Shown here piece by piece: positions 60,119 to 64,000 of a stretch of 64,000 nucleotides of DNA; position 1 is the stretch's first letter, and every line of letters starts with the position of its first letter. A program made the translations under genes and the position numbers. The stretch covers positions 62,001-126,000 of the forward strand of contig JASVEC010000013.1 of the NCBI GenBank assembly GCA_030770535.1. The letters run 5' to 3'. The notes beneath the pieces were generated by a model that was not told the DNA's origin, did no database searches, and saw nothing but the letters and a program-made list of their open reading frames with translations. This stretch comes from Batkoa obscura. Its lineage: Eukaryota.

Positions 60119-61915
60119 TTATTTATTTAACTTTAAAACCTCAGATCCACTACTACAGCCCCTTGCTTTTATCATAAAATTAGTATATATCGGCCAATAC
60201 CTAGCTAACCCTTGAATCTTTCTAATGATTCCACAACTAAAATGATTAGAAACAGAGCAGGCTTCCGAACTAAATGGCAGTATAAGGTATTCTAAATTGA
60301 TAATATGTCCAAAGTGTAATATATAAAAAATGTCACTAAATTTATCTCTTAAATTAACTTCAAGTTTTTTTTCCAGTAGCTTATTATAGGTATAAGTTCC
60401 TTTGGCTATTTTTTTAGCTTCATTGCTATATTCTGTATAATAAAATAGATCTCCAATGTTTCTTGTCTGATGCAACTTGATTTGATATATTTTGATTTGT
60501 AGCAACACGCTTCTATAAAAATGAAAGATACTTACATAAGTTAATAAAAAGGGATGCTGAATCAAGTCAACTCTAGCATCTAAAATCTGCTCCATTTTAA
60601 AAGATAAAAAGATAAACGTCCCCAAAAGGTTTATTTCTTTATCAAACTGGTTTAATGACATTACATACTCCTTTTCATCAATTTCCTTGCTTTTAAGTCG
60701 TATATTGTTCCATTTTATATCATAATCAACCCTTACTAAATAATTTAACGTTTTAGTTAATTTGGTTTGCGCTTCTAAAACTGTCTAATAAGAAATTTAA
60801 TTTTAATTGATAAAAGTATATCAAATTTATCCTACTAGCTTGTAAGGTTCAATTAAGTTTTCGTTTATATTGAAACTGTATTCGTCTTCTGATAGCGTGT
60901 CCTTTTTAAGCGGTATAATAGAAGGTCTTACAGAAGGAAAAGAGGCCAACAAATCCTGATTAATACAAAATAAACTTATTCGATATTTTTCTGCTAGTTC
61001 TTCACTTTTAATATCTTTTGTTTCAAGTTCAAAGTTCAATCCTAAAATTTGATATAATCTAATATTGTTAAATCATATTAATTGATTAAAATAACATTAC
61101 TTTGTAACAAACACTAAATACAAATTAAATAATAATAGTAATAATATAGAATAAATTTACTTGAAGACATTAATCCTTTATATTTATAATCGAACCCATA
61201 TTCCTGTTGCAGTAGCAATAAATTACATTGAACTAATTGAATGCTCGGTTTTTGAATTAATGAATTTATCAATGTTTTGGCTTTAACATAAAACGGTATT
61301 TGATTTAATTTGACTGGTGACAAATTATTTAAATAACGGTAAGTCTGGTAGGTATAGCAACATATTGCATATTTAAGAGCAATGTCATGCTCATCTTCAG
61401 AAGCTAATATATGGCTTTTTTTTTCAGGAGAGATCAATAACTGAATTTTATTATTAAAAGTAAAAAACGTTTTAACTAATTCAGGCTCAAGTTCTAAATA
61501 TTAATATTAATAATAATTAAACATTTTTATATATTCTACCTTTTAATAATTGATTTGAATTTAAATTCACAAGAGTTAAAAAGCTTTTCTGCTGATAAAG
61601 GAAAGAATGGTTCATTTCTTTTGTTAAGAATTCAAACAAAACATCCTCTCTAATATCTTGATTAATTCCATATGCTTTTTTAAACAACCCTAGTAGCTTG
61701 TTATACTTGTCTACCAATCTTGGTTTTGTAAGGTCTTTTCTGTATCTAGTTAATGAAGTGCTCTTTTCTTTATCATTTTCTCTAACCTTCTGTTTTTCTT
61801 TTTCTATTTCATAATAGCAATCAATTCCTAACTCATGGCATCTTAAGCACGGGTTCTGTTTATTACATTTTTGCTTTCTTTTATAGCAACTTACGCAGGC
61901 CTCTTTTCTCTTCAT
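60119..61915 (-). CDS. Zn2Cys6 transcription factor, 5 exons (paralog set C)
   Basis: CVSCYKRKQKCNKQNPCLRCHELGIDC. Same exon layout as sets A and B, with a 13-nt exon at 61101-61113. Confidence 0.85.
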
Positions 61916-62271
61916 TAAATTTAAAGATAATGTTATTGATTCTTACTTTATCAAAGAAAGATTTTGAAACTTGCTACGCACCCAATATTTAATTTTTTGC
62001 CTCATTTTATTCTAGAGTATAAATTTATGCTTCATATGAATTTTATAGAATTGCATTTTAGTACTAAAATGGATAAAGAAGTAAGCTGTTTTATTGTTTT
62101 ATTCAGCCAATTATATCGTTAATTCCAGTTTAGTAAAATGAGAAGGGTAATTTTTTGCATAAAATCGACGATTTTGTCAAAGATGTGTGATGGTTAAGTG
62201 ACGTAGCTGAATATAAAAAAACTACAGTTGCCAAATACAAAAGCTCTATTAAATATTTATCAAAACTAAAC

Positions 62272-63624
62272 ATGTTATTAAATACCAAGCGTTTATTAAA
62301 CCATTCAAGAAGATATCTCAATACTTCTACAAAAGTAACTATTTTAGGCGGCTCTGGCTTTATTGGTATATTTTATAATAGTTAAATACATAAAGTGAAC
62401 TAACTATTATGACAGGAAATTATGTGATTAAGTCCTTGATCCAAGATCCATTTGTAAAGATTCAACCTATAAGCAAATCTGGGAGAGAAAATCCCAAAAT
62501 TAAACAGTTAGGGAATCAAGTACTATCTACTCAACAGGGAGATATTACTGATTATAACCAAATGCAACATTTATGTAAAGATGCTAATGTTGTTATCAAT
62601 TTGGTAGGGGTCATGAATCAAAAATGAAACAAATTCTACTAATATTCATATCAATGGTGCTGAAAACTTGGCTAAAATCACTCAGTCAAATGGCTCAAAG
62701 CTAATTCATATTTCTGCTATTGGCGCCAACCCTGAATCTTCTATTGTTTATTCTAGAACTAAGGGTATAATATTTAATTATCTATCTTATCTATTAAAAA
62801 TAAATTAGGTTTAGGTGAGGTAGTAGTCAAGAAACATAATCCAAATGCTGTTATTGTGAGACCTAGTTTAGTTATTGGACCCGAAGACGATTTCATTAAT
62901 GTAATTACTACTGTTTACTTAATTTTAATTATGACTTAATTTTCTCAAATTATATAGAGATTTGCGAAAATCGGAAAGTATTTACCTTTTTTACCTGTCT
63001 TTGGTGGAGGATTAACGAAGTTTCAGCCAATTTATGTTTGGGATTTAGCAAAGGCTATTCAAATATTATCCAATAATGATTCCTTTAATGGTAAATTATT
63101 TGAAGTTGGAGGACCAAATGGTAACTTTATTATTTATTCTATTGTATAGTTAATCTATATGTTTAGTCTATACTTATAAGCAAATTATGGAGCTTGTATT
63201 GAAATATAGCCAACTAAAACGAGGAATTATTTCATTGCCATGGGAAGTGGCCAAATTGCAAGCTTATTTTTTAGAAAAATTACCACCTAGTTTGTTTTCA
63301 TTAACAAGAGAGCAAGTTGAATTATTAAAATTTGATAATATTGTTGATAACGAGCAGTTATCTTTGAGCGATATCGGTTTAAATGGTACGAATATTGAAA
63401 AAATAATACCTACTTATATCAACAGTACCAATAAAAAATCGTTATATACTCCAAATAAAAGAACTCATAAAATGGATTCCCAAGATCTAAATAATGAGTT
63501 TGAGCGTATTATTAGTTTAAAGAAGGAAGTTGCTGGCAAAAGAGAGAATGCACCTAACCTTGAGAAGCAATTAGAGTATTATATGTTAGATAATAACAAT
63601 GATAAAAAGAAAAAACAAAAATGA
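62272..63624 (+). CDS. NDUFA9-like NAD(P)-binding atypical SDR protein, multi-exon, with one apparent frame break near 62620-62640
   Basis: MLLNTKRLL presequence-like start, VTILGGSGFIG, VVINLVG, LIHISAIGA, YSRTKG.GE, IVRPSLVIGPEDDF, FQPIYVWDLA and FEVGGP. Confidence 0.8.
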
Positions 63625-63638
63625 AAATTTAATTTAAT

Positions 63639-64000
63639 TTATTCCTTCCATAATTCACTATTATAATCTTCTGTTAACTCGGTATCATTACCATATAAAT
63701 ATTGCCAAGACGTAAAACCACCTCTTAAAATATAAATTTGTGAATCTTGATTTAAGTCGTCATTTAGACTAGTCAAATAATTGGAATAAATTGTAGCACA
63801 TTTTGGACCCCTTACTTGAGATAAAGCACAATGAAAAATAAAACTTTTTTTATCTTTATTATTTGAATGGAAATTTTGTACCTCATTTCTAAACTCATTC
63901 GAGGGTATGTTTATACTTCCTTTTATATGACCTCCCTTTTTGGCTTTAGTTTTTGTCTTATCATTTAAAATTGCTTACTTACGATATAATCGTTATCTCT
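63639..64000 (-). CDS. Cdc25-like rhodanese-fold phosphatase / arsenate reductase (Ych1/Acr2/Ibp1 family), 5' end outside the window
   Basis: RDNDYI|GGHIKGSINIPS...FIFHCALSQVRGPKCA...YILRGGFTSW...KE*. Intron 63936-63982. Absent from the ORF track. Confidence 0.9.

Noticed and set aside
62069..62106. Alternative first exon ATGGATAAAGAA|GTAAGC for the NDUFA9-like gene
   Set aside because: Splicing to the next AG runs into a stop. The ATG at 62272 gives a better presequence-like N-terminus.
5604..62321. Short hydrophobic ORFs in AT-rich intergenic DNA (5604-5804, 20272-20466, 22284-22469, 49071-49286, 57278-57466, 59506-59757, 62130-62321)
   Set aside because: F/I/L/K-rich composition is expected by chance at this AT content, and several overlap MITE copies.
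634..64000. TAA reassigned to Gln (alternative genetic code), since several in-frame TAAs align with Gln
   Set aside because: Conserved genes (VPS45, aminopeptidase, P450, Ych1-like) end at TAA at the expected positions and have no internal TAA. Most affected loci also carry frameshifts.

Overview
Very AT-rich eukaryotic DNA with short (~45-55 nt) GT-AG introns and Zn2Cys6 regulators, so fungal. The gene content and composition suggest an early-diverging lineage such as Entomophthoromycotina (Conidiobolus-like); that placement is inference. Genes that appear intact: an amino-acid transporter, VPS45, tRNA-Ala(AGC), an SRA1/Sec31-C-domain protein, four secreted or surface Kelch proteins, a GILT-like thiol reductase, a FAR-17a/AIG1-like membrane protein, a DOMON-cytochrome b561, an M28 leucine aminopeptidase, a cytochrome P450 and seven fungal-TF-family genes. 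A Cdc25-like/Ych1 phosphatase runs off the window end, and an NDUFA9-like gene has one frame break. Decayed copies are common: three F-box(/LRR) pseudogenes, two CBM19-like secreted-protein genes, an old-yellow-enzyme pseudogene, a near-identical P450 5' fragment and an inverted tRNA duplicate. The main structure the ORF track misses is at least four families of small inverted-repeat elements. One ~105-bp ATAT-flanked MITE has about 11 copies and repeatedly brackets genes or gene fragments as inverted pairs. Also notable: a 10-bp micro-inversion that breaks the duplicated tRNA, a 13-nt micro-exon shared by three TF paralogs, and recurrent CpA>TpA lesions in the decayed copies. All alignments were done by eye.
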